Assembly (NCBI GenBank): GCA_964016885.1
Contig: OZ024742.1
Coordinates: 60,822,001 to 60,886,000 of the forward strand
Length of the DNA: 64,000 bases
Reading direction: 5' to 3'
DNA from: Eledone cirrhosa
Lineage: Eukaryota
Shown: one piece after another, positions 13,245 through 25,770 of the stretch
Layout: the number at the start of each line of letters is the position of its first letter
How positions within the stretch are numbered: the stretch's first letter is position 1
Notes under the pieces: generated by a model
What the model saw: the letters and a program-made list of their open reading frames with translations, nothing else
The model's database searches: none
Told to the model about the DNA's origin: nothing
Made by a program: the position numbers and the translations under genes

Positions 13245-14009
13245 AATCCTCGGGGAAATCGATAATGATACACAATGTGAAACAAGTCTGACTTTTAGAA
13301 TTACAGGCGCAGTTATTCGGATAGCGTTCCGAAGAGTTTCTTTCTATATTTCCTTCACAGGGATTTGGCCAACGTGTCACTATCTAAACTATAATAAAGT
13401 AAGGAGCGCGGGACTGCGTACGGTTTATAATTTTTTATCTACATGTATATATATACCTGCGTATAATATCAATATACACACTACACATGCCAGCAGAAAA
13501 CCACCCGAAGGGTGGTTTTTCTGCTAGTTGTAAATAACAATTAGTTAGACAGAAACGGTGTGGTGGATGGTCAGATTGATTACAGATGTAATTCAAGTAT
13601 TCAGCCTTGTCACATGGTATGTCACGCTGATTTAATTTAGGAACTACCTTCAGAGTACACGGTTCTGTGGAATACTCAACCACTTTCATATTAATTACAT
13701 GGTGGATGCTGGTTTGACGGAAAGCCGTCGAAATTGACGAAGAATACATCATTACAAAAGATTATAAAATAGCCACTTTTGCTTTGATGCGGGGATTTAG
13801 AAGAGTCATCGATAGGGTGTCGGATATACGATGCTTTATTATATTTGTTAGGACCCGCCCATCCTGACACCATTGCGTTCGAGGTTTGATTATTAAAGCG
13901 CCAGTCTATGGTAATCAGATTGAGAGAATCGGTAAAGCGGTGAAATGAGAAGCTTCGACTTATCTGTTCCTGCTCTTTGTGTTCTCAGTTCAAATTTTGT
14001 CTCCAGTAA

Positions 14010-14223
14010 AGAGGGAGGAAGAGAGAGAGAGGAGTATGATAGAAAGTATGAGAGAGAGAGGCAGAAAAGAAAGAAAGTGAGAGACAAAGATAGAAAAGAA
14101 AGAAAGTGAAAAAGAGAGAGAGACATGTGATAGAAAGTATGAGAGAGAAAGAGAGAGGAAGAAAAGAAAGAAAGTGTGAGACAAAGATAGAAAAGAAAGA
14201 AAGAGAGAGAGAGAGATAGAGAG

Positions 14224-14282
<59 letters not shown>
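14010..14282. repeat. GA-rich low-complexity tract and (AG)n microsatellite
   Basis: Direct reading. Confidence 0.9.
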
Positions 14283-14284
<2 letters not shown>

Positions 14285-15137
14285 AAGTAAACATTGTTTC
14301 TTTGGATCGATCTGACGGTTGACTTCTTTTATTTATCAGTAAGTTTCAATATCTATAAAATTTGTATGTCCTTATAAGATTATATGAAGAAATAATTTGT
14401 CATTATGGACACATACACATTCATTTTGTAAATATTTACTGATACCTGCTGTGATATATTGATATTCTCGGCCTTGATATTCAGGCAGGTGCCGTTGACA
14501 AACCATAACAACATAAACACATCGGGATAATTACCACTATTTTCTCATATTTTCTCATAACTTATTTCATTACAGCTGTTATCCTCGTTAATTTTAATTC
14601 CTAATCCTTATTTTATTTTTACTCCGATAAATGTTAGGTTGCATCCACTATCATATTCCCCACATTAAACACATCACCATGCATCCCCACCCTCATCCAC
14701 AATAACACATACCACATACCCTTGAGGCATACACAAACCACTAGAACGGTACGATTCACCACAATGGTTTGCATCACCTCATTTTGTATAATTAATTTCA
14801 CCACCGTTATTCAACATCACTTGCATTCCCTAGTACACGTTCACCCTTCTCACTGTGGTGCCAGTGTAGGAGTGCCGGATGGCCATCATGAAAACTCCAT
14901 ATCACCTACCACGAGCAGACGCATTTAGCATGGCACGCCCATCCGGCTCCGTGTACCTTCTACGCGGGCCTATGTGGGGTGATATATACATATATATGTA
15001 TGCATGTTTACATTATATATAATATATAGATATATATATATATATATAGTAATAATAATAAAATTGAAGACTAAAATCCAAAGAGGGCTCGATAAGGAAA
15101 ATATATATCAAATATATAAGAACCGTAGAGCAAATAT

Positions 15138-15650
15138 TTATTAAAATAACAGATTAAAGTTTAAGCAAAGAATCGCTGCTTTCACCCTTAACAGGATCTT
15201 CTGAAACTAACAAAGTCAATCTGTAAACGCAGAACTGGATATTTCAAAAAACGTTGCAACCGGAGGAAGACAGGAAGACGATACTTTGCTCCACGCTCCA
15301 CATATGACTTATTATCTTCGTTTTTTCGTTCATTGCCAGAGAACGTCTCTATGCACCACCTAAGAGAACATTAGTCTACGACCTCTTTTATACCATAAAC
15401 GTGGTTCTGTCTGTGCGCGTAATTGTTTTTCACCGCTCCTATTAATGACGTATTATTTGTTTTTTCCCGTTCTTTGCCAGCGAACGTTTCCACGAACCAA
15501 AGTATCGTCTTCCTGTCTTCCTCCAGTTGCAACGTTTTTTGAAATATCCACTTCTGCGTTTACAGGTTGACTTTGTTAGTTTCAGAAGATCCCGTTAAGG
15601 GTGAAAGCAGCGATTCTTTGCTTAAACTTTAATCTGTTATTTTAATAAAT
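15138..15650. mobile_element. Fold-back insert family F
   Basis: Inverted arms ~15138-15290 / 15495-15650, both ending ctgttattttaataaat; a Helitron fragment lies immediately left (15085-15135). Confidence 0.75.
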
Positions 15651-15675
15651 ATATATATGTATATATATATATATA

Positions 15676-17135
15676 GTATTAAGGATACTATTTATGGTTA
15701 TGTATATAATAAAACCTTATATAGTTATATATATTTTAAACCCTAAATAGTGGAAGACAGTAATTCATTACTATCTTATTACCAGTAATATAAATAGCTC
15801 AATGTAATAACATCAGTTGTTTTACAGAGCAGTTATATAGAAATTACATGAATCAAAGTTCAGTTTAAATAATTTATTTTCTTACAATTGTTTCCTCCAA
15901 ACCGAGGTTTGGATTCTTCGGAGCAACTATTCAGTGATTTTTACATACTTGACCTCCTTTTCAACACAAGAGACATATAAAAACATATGTATATATTGAC
16001 CCACAGTGGGTTGACATCCATCATAATAATATAATAATATGGCAATTTACATACATTCATATTAAAGGACAAAATTAAAGTTAAAATTAAAATTAAAATA
16101 AATAACAATAAAAATAAAACATTGGCAGTTTATGAAGATAAAGCAAGAGGGAAGTTTAGAGTAGTCAGTGTACGAAACAGTCTCACGTGTGACATGCACG
16201 CGTGTCTTATTTATACAGTATTATAATGCGGCAGATTGATACATGTAAAACAAGCAGTTAAAGCAGGCAATCAATAGCATCATGGGGTCTGTATTGTTAA
16301 AGCATTTTTCACACACACCAGTACGATATATACGTGTAAGCCCGTTTGTAGAGAAACACCAAAAATATAACAAATGTAACAAATGAGAAGCAAAACAGCA
16401 CCACTGTCCTCGCACCCACCACCACTCACACAATCGAGGAAACGCAATTTATATACTACATGTCTATTATACAATCCATGATGATTCGACATTGGGTGTC
16501 CGGTGAACCATGATACACTTCGATTCATAGATCAGGCTGTTTTTGTTGTGAGAGATGACATTGTATTATATTCCGGAAGTGTGTGTGTGATTAAGGGGAG
16601 TTAATGCGTAAGGGGAGGTAACTAGCTGATTTTCATAGTTAAATTTATTATCCTAAAGTGCATTAATGGTGTTTGAGATGAGTCCCTATTATATAAGGTT
16701 ATAAACAACTTCTAAATTTAAGTATCTTATCTATAAATTACAGTGTGGTCCATCAAGAAGTACTAAAGGTGTTCGTATCAGGATGATTACTTTCTATCAT
16801 GGAGTGCCACAACCGTACATTCTACAAGAAGAGTCAGACCTCCAAATCAATGATCTTTGTAATTGTAGACCACCCGCAGAACCTGGCAGGGTCTTATTAC
16901 TATATATGACTCCCGGTAAGCTCCGGGTCATTGTATGTCTGAATGCATGGCAGAGTTAAATATTACCAGTGTGGTCCAGAGGTCAATTCTCTCATTGACC
17001 TCTGGACCACACTGGTCTGGCCATCAAGCCACACCTATACTCAAAACTCATATATCGTCTGTACATAAACCATTGTATTCAGCATATAGGACATTTAGCC
17101 CTATTAATGAATTAATTACTTAATCATCTATCTCT
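15676..17135 (-). mobile_element. Probable PLE 3' remnant
   Basis: (TA)n-bounded unit carrying a hammerhead on the minus strand; coding signal too decayed to read. Confidence 0.45.
15880..15923 (-). ncRNA. Type I hammerhead, CCGAAGA core variant
   Basis: ct CCGAAGA a-tccaaac-ctcg-gtttgga-g GAAA caattg TA ag; palindromic stem III. Confidence 0.6.
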
Positions 17136-17790
17136 CCTATATATATATATATATGCATGTGTGGATCTGCTGGCATGGATATATGCCTCTGGGTGAGTGT
17201 GTACACATGTTTATTTATTTATTTATTTTCCTTTTTATACCCATTCAAACAATATGCACTGAACAGGTAGGTATCTTGCAACAATGTTTTCTATAAACAT
17301 TTTCTTTTAGTCTTTTCTATGGTCTTTTCATACACAAGCCCCATACCATAATTCTTCATTTGTATATATATTTTTATATATATTCTCATTCACAAACCGC
17401 ATACCTTACGAATCACCTCATAAATTCCTTTCAGTGCATGTCCCCTTTAACGACGTCTAAACAGGATAACCTACGACGCCACTATCCCTGATAAACCGAT
17501 GATCACGTTAAAACCCCCTACCCCTAGTACAACACCGCAATCTTTCATCTCATATTACGCATTGCACTACCACATCCACACCACACACAGCACCTCCGCC
17601 TCACTACGTTCACACCTACATGTCTAGGACTAGCCAAAACACCACACCCCGCAACTCACATCAACCATTGCTCCCCACCACTACCTCGTCACTACGCTCA
17701 CCCCCACCAATCAAAACAACATAAACTGACCAACATATAAACGTTAGGCATCTATATGCCATGTATTTTAATTCCGTCATTACTACAACA

Positions 17791-17875
17791 GGTCCGACGA
17801 TCTTTTGATTCCAGAGTCAGACCAGATAGATACAGATCGAACTTTGAGCTGATCAATAGCGAAACGCATATCACC
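17791..17875 (+). ncRNA. Type I hammerhead, CCGACGA core, 60-nt stem II
   Basis: ggt CCGACGA tcttttgatt...gatcaatagc GAAA cgcata TC acc. Confidence 0.6.
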
Positions 17876-17975
17876 AATCAATAAACTTAATGAAGGCTTA
17901 ACAAATCGTCCTAGGTGAACCTACATTATTCTTAACTCCGAAGCCGAGAATCATTCGGCTTCCTAAATAAAATAT

Positions 17976-18250
17976 CAGTCTACGACTCCTTTTATACCAT
18001 AAAAGTGGTTTTGTCTTTGCCTGTATTTGTTCTCAACCTCCACATAACGACGTATTATCTTCGCTTTTTTCCGTTCATTTCCAGGGAACGTGTTCACGAA
18101 CCAAAGTATCGTCTTCCCGTTTTCCTTCGGTTGCAGTGTTTTTCGAAATATTTACTTCTGCGTTCACAGATTGATTTTTTTAGATTCAGAAGGTCCCGTT
18201 AAGGGTGGAAGCAGCGATTCTTTGCTTAAACTTTAATCTGTTATTTTAAT
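17976..18250 (+). mobile_element. Family F repeat
   Basis: Matches 15372-15648; abuts the CTAG end of the Helitron at 18255. Confidence 0.75.
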
Positions 18251-18810
18251 ATATACTAGCAGAACGGCTCGGCGTTGCTCGCGATTTGCTAAGGGTTCTT
18301 ATATATTTGATATATATTTATCCTTATCGAGCCTCGTGAAATAAATACGTTTGTTTATATTTTGTTATTGTATATGCAAAAATATCCGTACACGAATATA
18401 TAATTATATATATATATTCAGCCTCCGGAATCCTCTCCCCCAACCCCTCTATCCACACACGCACACACACTCCGACCTACACCCCACCCCACACACACCT
18501 CTTCCTGAACATGCAACCCCGTTCTTCCCCCAACCCTTGCTTTCACATACACTCACACACACACACACACACGTACACCTACACACACACACCACCTTCA
18601 GCCCTCCCCGCTCGGACACCCCCCTCTCCCCACCCCCACCCCCTACAAGCCCCACACCCTTCCACCACCTGTTTTACCCCATTTTAATTTTATTTTGATC
18701 ATGCCTTTATTTTTAATTTCATTTTCACCGTTTCATCCCACCCCCTTTTTGCTATATGTCTCTCCACCACTCCCCTACACACCCTTTGAACTCTCTTCCC
18801 ACACACTTTT

Positions 18811-18845
18811 CACCTGAAGAAGGGCTTATGGCCGAAACGTCATTC
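18811..18845 (+). ncRNA. Degenerate minimal PLE-type hammerhead
   Basis: cac CTGAAGA agggc-ttat-ggcc GAAA cg TC; stem I decayed; sits in a C-rich pLTR-like segment ending at (TA)n 18933. Confidence 0.5.
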
Positions 18846-18928
18846 TCCACCACCACCCCACTCTCAAGAGCGTGAAATTAATAAACCTTTGTTCGTACTG
18901 CCTCTCTGTTTTGTTCCCGTTCATTTTG

Positions 18929-18990
<62 letters not shown>

Positions 18991-18993
<3 letters not shown>

Positions 18994-19541
18994 TTCGTTT
19001 CTGAATTTGTTTATCAAGATTCTTTATCTGAAAACGTGTTGTGTTGAAACCGATATCGTTATACTCTGGGAGCGTCATGTTGCCAATAAGAAACACACGC
19101 ACCAGTTGTTTCACTTCAATTTATTATAACCAGTAACATGTATATTAACAAATAAATAAGCAAATAAATAAACAAATATAAACACACACAGACACCCGGA
19201 TGTAACACATGCGCAAACTAAGCACACAACACACACAAAAACAAGATGGCGTAGGACAGATCAAACAACCAACCAGTAACATGTAAATAAACAAATAAAT
19301 AAACAAATATAAACACACACAGACATCCGGATGTAACAAAGAAAAGAATCTCCAGTCACTGAAGGGGTCACAGAATGTGTGATGAAAGAACTTTGACAAT
19401 ATATGAACAATTATCTGGTTGTGGAACGAACCAACCGGAAATTTATAAATTCATAAATTTATAAATTTAATTTATAATAAATTGAAGTGAAATCTACTGG
19501 TACGTGTGTTTCCTATTGGCAACATGACCCTCGCAAAGTAT

Positions 19542-19548
<7 letters not shown>
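18991..19548. mobile_element. Fold-back insert family B, copy 2
   Basis: Tail plus short inverted arm (18991-19129), then plus-strand pLTR ending ataacaat|(TA)n. Confidence 0.75.
19355..19397 (+). ncRNA. Hammerhead (family B), A9G variant
   Basis: gtca CTGAAGG g-gtcaca-gaatg-tgtgat GAAA gaac TT tgac. Confidence 0.55.
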
Positions 19549-19584
<36 letters not shown>

Positions 19585-20074
19585 TAACAGATTAAAGTTT
19601 AAGCAAAGAATCGCTGATTTCACCCTGAACGGGATCTTCTGAGACCAGAAAAATCAATCTGTGGACGCTGAGGTAAATATTTCGAAAGACGTTACACACT
19701 ATATATATATATATACACACACATATAGCGTCATAATGTCGTACACACTATATACACGCAGACACACTATATATACATATATACACACACACAGCATCAT
19801 ACTGTCTTAATGCAGGCATCAGACATACAGACAGATATTATAAGGGCACGACGTTGTAGCTATGTATCTATCTAAAAAGAGACAGATAAGATTTATAGAA
19901 AGAGATCGCAACTTCGCCTAATGCGGTCCCTAGGGCATTGAAAATTTGAGATATGTTCAAAACACTCACACGACCATAAGTATTCCATGTGTAAAGTTTG
20001 AAAACAATCGGTTGGGTGGTTCTCGAGTTTTAGGGAGTCAGACAGACAGACAGACAGGCATACATTCTCTGTTT

Positions 20075-20120
<46 letters not shown>

Positions 20121-20345
20121 AAACAGAGAATGTATATATATTAGGTATAGGATTATATATAAAACAGAGAATGTATATATATTAGGTATAGGATTATATA
20201 TATTAGGTATATGATTAGCCTAGATGCAGTAATGCTTAATTACTACACTGGATAGAGTTGACGTACGGTGAGAGGTTACTCAACGAGTTATGGAAGAATT
20301 GTTGAAGAAACTTACTTCCTGATCCTTCTGTATTCCGGAGTGTAG

Positions 20346-21346
20346 ATAAAGAATGAATAATAACAGGTAGATATCTCCTTTAAATTTCGCTGGTACCGTC
20401 ATCAATTCTCAATTAAACATCCTGATCACCGTTTTGTGACCACGCTCGCCAACAAGACCTGGCAACTCCGTGAACGCAACCAACAGTTCACCTTGAAATG
20501 GGATATACTTTCCAGCGCAAGTGCATATCGGAGTGGATTGAAGTACTGTAGGTTATGTAACCTTGAACTCTGTTACATCTTAAAATCCAAAAATAAATTA
20601 ATAAATGATAGAATCGAACGATCATTATACTGCAACCACAAACTGAAAGCTAAATTCTCTCACTATAAAATAACTTAACATTCGAACCCGTAACTATAAC
20701 ATTGCTTTCTAGCAAACCAATTTCTCTTCCCCCACACTACAAGTCCATACCCTGCTTATCACTATAAATGGGAACTTGTGCAATTCGTAGATTTCTACTA
20801 TGAACCCAATGTTCACCCACCCCTTAGCTTTCGTCTGTCCCCTCTCTATCTCTCCCTCTCTATCCATTCCACTCTCTCTCTCTCGCCCTAGGTCTACCTC
20901 CCTCCCTCTCCACATCTATGAACCTGCCCTCTGGGGCAATAAATAATTCCAACCTTGACTATCAACGCATCGCTTAAGGTGGTCGCTTTAAGAGTAACCA
21001 GTATAATAAAACCCTACCACAACATTTTGATTAAGATATCTACAAACCACTCTATCCCATTTCTCCAACCCATGCATATCTCTCTCTCTCTTCCTCTCCC
21101 TTCTTTTCCTTCTTCCTTTTCTACTCTATCTTCCCCAATAACCTCACTTAAGGGTATTTACATTGTACATTTTAACCACTCTGCTCTGATGATACAGTGG
21201 TCACAGCATTTGATAATTGAGTTTTGCAAATAGTTATAAATTTGCACATAGCATAACTAGGCTGTATACCTACCGTGGAAACATTTGTAAGCACACAGAA
21301 CGAATTACCTTTTTATGATGTCTACCTGTTATTATTCATTCTTTAT
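20346..21346 (+). mobile_element. 5'-truncated Naiad-type PLE (GIY-YIG C-terminus + pLTR) with short inverted arm (family G)
   Basis: ORF 20436-20678 TTLANKTWQL...KWDIL...CRLCNLE...LIN...CNHK; 20346-20375 is the rc of 21317-21346. Confidence 0.8.
21182..21293 (+). ncRNA. Type I hammerhead with 85-nt stem II
   Basis: tgct CTGATGA tacagtgg...ctaccgtg GAAA catttg TA agca; inner pairs acagc/gctgt and tgcaaat/atttgca. Confidence 0.7.
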
Positions 21347-21793
21347 ATATATATATATATACCCAACAAGTACCAACAAGTCCTATATATATATATATAT
21401 AGGACTTGTTGACGAAGTAAATCCTTTGTTCTGTCGTCAAAGGCCATTAACTTGCAAGCGGAATTAGTCGATCTCGGATTTACAGAAACCTAGCGTGGAT
21501 GTTGTATGTTATATGTGATGTATATCGTATGCTATACGATATGCATTATGTATTGCATTCGGTCTCCGCGTGATGGTCCAGAACAGTCAAAAATATTTTC
21601 CTGAGTCCAGTCTTTTTCGTTGCTATGGCAAAACGGCTGGACTGCGGATCATTATATTTGATTTGCAAAGCTGTCTAAAAATATTGTTATTACTCTGGGG
21701 TATTATTCACCATCGAGTGCTAAAGCTACATTCCGAATTTGCATTCCTTAGCATAGCCGCAGCCTAAAGCTTTGTCAATGATGTACTAAAATT

Positions 21794-21834
<41 letters not shown>

Positions 21835-22245
21835 CAAAGAGACAAGAAACACAGGTACAAAAAGTATTAGTTTTACGCTTCATATTGGAAAGAGGAATGA
21901 AGCACTTCACGAGGACAAATAGAGACAGAATGACAATGGAGAAACAGAGAGAAGGTCCAGTAAAGACATAAAGAACGAAAATGAAGACGGAAAACAAGGA
22001 AGCTGTTCGGTAGTCTTGATAACGAGTAGGAACGCAAAGTGGAGTGTGTGTGTGTATTAGTATCGTTATATGTGTGAGTGTAAGTGAAAGTTTAAATGTG
22101 TGTGATTTTAAAGGTAAAATAGTGAGTGCATGTATACGGTGGCGGACTGGCCAGATTGCCAAGAGGCCCCTTGGTAAGCGGGCCACAGGGAGCCCACGGT
22201 AGCGTTGCAGGATTTATGGATATATATATATATATATATATTTAT

Positions 22246-23805
22246 ATTGTTATACTTGGGAGGGTCATATTTGTGTAATATTGCCAGAATTAATAACAGA
22301 ACACACTCACTGTTTGGTTGGTTTTCGCTTCTCGCTTCTGTGTCTTTTATATCGGTAATCTAATTTATTCGGTCCTCAATGTTGCCAATGACTGACCAAC
22401 GGTCAAAAATAATACAGATACAATATAGACATAAACACATATATATAGTTTATCCTAAATCTTTCGTTGCACATCTGCAACATCGTCAGTGGTGCTATAT
22501 TTTCCTCCCGCTGCATTGTATGTGTACGCCATTTTATTCAGTCTGTCTATATATTTATTTATTTATTTGCTTGTTGTTTATTTTATTTTGTCTTCTTTGC
22601 GCATGCGTTTGCGTGTGTGTATAGTGTTTTGTTTGCTGTGTGATTGGTGACTAGTGTGTGTTTATGTGCTTGCTGTTATTGTGCTTGCGTATGTATTTAT
22701 TTATTTATTTATTTATTTATTTTATTTTATTTACTTATTTATACTTCTCTTAGGTCAGTATTGTTTGTTTGGGTGTTGTTGTTATTCCATTCATTCTTTC
22801 TGTTTAGCCTTGGTCTTCTAATTTCTATTTCACTGGCCTCTCTGATTTGCCTATCTGCTGGGTCATTTCTATGTTTAGATATTATTCTAATTTCTATGTT
22901 GTCTATGTTACCGTCATGTTGTCTAGCATGTTCGTATAGTACTGACCCGTTTTTTCGTCCTTTTAGTTCCCCCCAGTGTTGGTCTATCCTTTCACCTATG
23001 CTACGAGCTGTCTCACCTATGTATGTTGTTGTCATGTTTCTGCAAGTACCCTCTGTACTTATTATGCTATAGACTACGTTTCTAGTTTTACAGTTTATCC
23101 GGGGGTTCACCTTACATATGATACATTTCCTATTGGTACAGTGGGTTTTCTTAAAAGGGTAGGTTTTGCTGATCAGGGATTTTATGGTGGTTCCTGGCTT
23201 TTCTACCACCTTTATTTTTAAGTGGGTCTTTCTCAGGGCCTTTCTACACTGGTTAGCTAATTTCCCTCCAGGGGTAGCGTCCATAAACATGACACTCTGG
23301 TATCTCTGGTTGTCGTACCATGAGGTGGCTTTCCCTATCTTATGTCTAGCCCTATCTAAGCTATTCCATGATTTGCTCCTGTATAATGGGCAAATTCCTT
23401 TCATGTCCAGTTCTATGAGGGTCTTATACTTCTCCATGGCTCCTTCGTATACTCTGATTTTGTCTCTTTGGTTGTAGTCAGAGAACTGCATGCGGTTGAT
23501 GAAGTGTTGGATGTGTCTTTCCATTTCTGTTGGGTCTCACATGCGGGACACATTCTTCATCACTCGTACCAAATCTGCGATCAGAATATTAAACTTAGCA
23601 CTACTGGACACTGGTGAGCTTTTGAGTATCAGGTATTTGGAGGCCATGGGTTTAGCATAGTGTGAGTGGAGAATTTGGGCTCTCTCGTCTATAGTGTTAA
23701 TCCAGAGTTCTGTGTCTAATACAGGTAGTCTATTGTTAGGGTGTTTGGAAGGGAAGTCAATAGTTACAGTTATACTCTGGTGTATGGAATTAGCTATCGA
23801 CACAC
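22246..23805 (-). mobile_element. 5'-truncated Penelope-like element (RT thumb + GIY-YIG endonuclease)
   Basis: ORFs 23537-23803 (ITVTIDFPSKHPNNRLPVLD) and 22739-23524 (CxxC...NVVY...YIGETARSIGERIDQH...REA...P.LN); (TA)n flanks. Confidence 0.9.
22453..22493 (-). ncRNA. Hammerhead core in the PLE pLTR
   Basis: CTGACGA t-gttgca-gatg-tgcaac GAAA gattt; stems I and III decayed. Confidence 0.5.
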
Positions 23806-23854
23806 GATTTCATATAAAAAACCTCGCAAAACTATATATATATATATATATATA

Positions 23855-24091
23855 TATAATAACTAGAAATTGATTAACATATAAATAAACATGAATAATC
23901 ACAGGAGATATCTCCTGTGATTATTCATGTTTATTTATATGTTAATCAATTTCTAGTTATTATAAAATTCTCGGACCTACTCGTTAGAATCTTAGAGCTT
24001 ATTTTGCGGGTGATATGGCGCATGTCTTTCTGGCATGACACCCATAATTTTGATTTAGATTAAATTCATTTGATTTATCTTAATTTTGGAT
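23855..24091. mobile_element. Fold-back insert family A, copy 2
   Basis: 110-bp perfect palindrome 23855-23964 plus tail homologous to 3331-3420. Confidence 0.8.
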
Positions 24092-24793
24092 ATAGATATA
24101 TATATATATATACTTACACATACACACGAACTACTGACCAAATAATGTTTGGTACCAATGGGTTAAAAACATCTGTCAAATCAATTAGTGGTGAAGGTTG
24201 TGTATATATATATATATATATACATTGAGTGAGTATAGAATACCACCAAAGTTCATTATTGAAAGTCTCTGAATTTCGCAAAATACATAATATTTTTATT
24301 GGAGACGGTAAGATATTTTTTTCTGCAAAAATGTCATTGCACTGCTTTGTTTCCACTAATTTATTTTTTGAAAATATTTATTCATTATGAAAATTAAATG
24401 ATATGTAGGTTGAGCCCCTTCATCCCCTGGCAACCACTATGATTAGACCCTGTCCGCCACTGTATGTGTATATCCATGTGTTGGTGGTAGTGGACATATA
24501 TGTGTGAGTGGATGTAAGTTTGAATGCGTGTACTGTTTATGTGCGTTGAAGTCATTTTTTTTGTGTGTCATTTTTTGTGTGTATCGGTGGTGTAGCGTAT
24601 GTCAGCGAGAAGAGTGAATTAGTATGTGTGAGAGTATGATAAATTTTAACGTGTGTATGTATGTTGGAGTTTATAATGTGTACGTGAGAAGTATCTAACT
24701 GTGATATGTATGTAAGCGTGTATGTATTAACGAGTATGTGTCATAGGATAAAGTAGGTAGTTTAGTGTGTGATAGAAAGTATGACAGAGCAGA

Positions 24794-25770
24794 TTAAAGG
24801 AAGTTCGGTGGTGCATTGAGGTGAAGGGGAAGAGAGTTCTGTAAGGAGAAGATAAATTGTTGTTCTCCCAACCAGTGCGAGTCAGGGGTCAGGCACAGTG
24901 TCCGAGACCGAAGACAATGAGGTGGTGTGCGGATCGATAATGTCGGAAGGTGTTCAGCATATCTGTCAGCTAGACGACAGCCAGTCTGACTAAGGTAGAT
25001 ATCTCCGCACGGAGTATAACGGAAACCATAGACAAGGCTGGAGTAGGTGCAGCTGAAGGAGTCCCTAACCCGAAAGGACTGTAGGTTGCGGAAACAACGG
25101 AGGATTGTCTTCTGGAGGGGCATGTAGAAGGGTGGTAGAAAGGGGGAAGAGCAGTCGGTGGTGGGGGCGGCGTGGAGAAACGGCTGTGGTGCGATCGACG
25201 CCACGGGCACGAGTGAGGGTGGCTTGGATTAGATTAGTGGAGTATCCGCGTCTAGTAAAACAATCTGGCCATGTCATGAGACTGAAGATGAAAATCACGG
25301 ATTCGTCTACACATGCGGCTTAGACAGAGGACTTGGGAATAGGGCATGGAGTGTTTTGTGTGGGTGGTATGTGATGAGGAGAAGTCTAGGTAGGCCTGGG
25401 AATCCGGGGGCTTGAAGTAAGCGGAGATGACGAGGAACTGACTGGAGGGGTCACTAGTTACAGAGATGTCTAGGAAGTTAACAGAAAAAGTGGATAGAGG
25501 TGGTGAACTCGAGAGTGGAGTCGAAAGAGCAGAACAATGACAAAAAGCAGTCGAGCTGCGTTCGGGTGAAAGATTGAGTGCCAAAACTGTAGTCAATATA
25601 CCAACTGTAATGCTCAGGGTTTGTGCCAGTGTATTATGAAACGGTCTGAGCCTCAACGTAGCCGACAGATAAGTTGGCGTAGCAGGGGCCCATTCTGTAC
25701 CCACGGCGACCCCCGTCATCTGTTGATAAATCACACCCGAGAAGGAAAAACATTTCAGGGAAAGGACTTT
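24794..25770 (-). pseudogene. Decayed PLE RT-GIY-YIG fragment
   Basis: FSFSGVIYQQMTGVAVGT, FLDISV, YLDFSSSH..HTKHSMPYSQ, VYGFRYTPCGDIYLSQTGCRLADRYAEH. Confidence 0.8.

Larger units (their letters stand above)
18255..20080 (-). mobile_element. Non-autonomous Helitron-like element with nested PLE pieces
   Basis: Minus-strand 5' tatacataaaacagagaatgtatgcctgtctgtctgtc; 3' cgagcaacgccgagccgttctgCTAG|t. Confidence 0.65.

Noticed and set aside
5025-14294. Many ORFs of YI, HT, CV, LS, poly-I or poly-M composition
   Set aside because: Translations of (TA)n, (CA)n, (GA)n and (ATC)n repeats.
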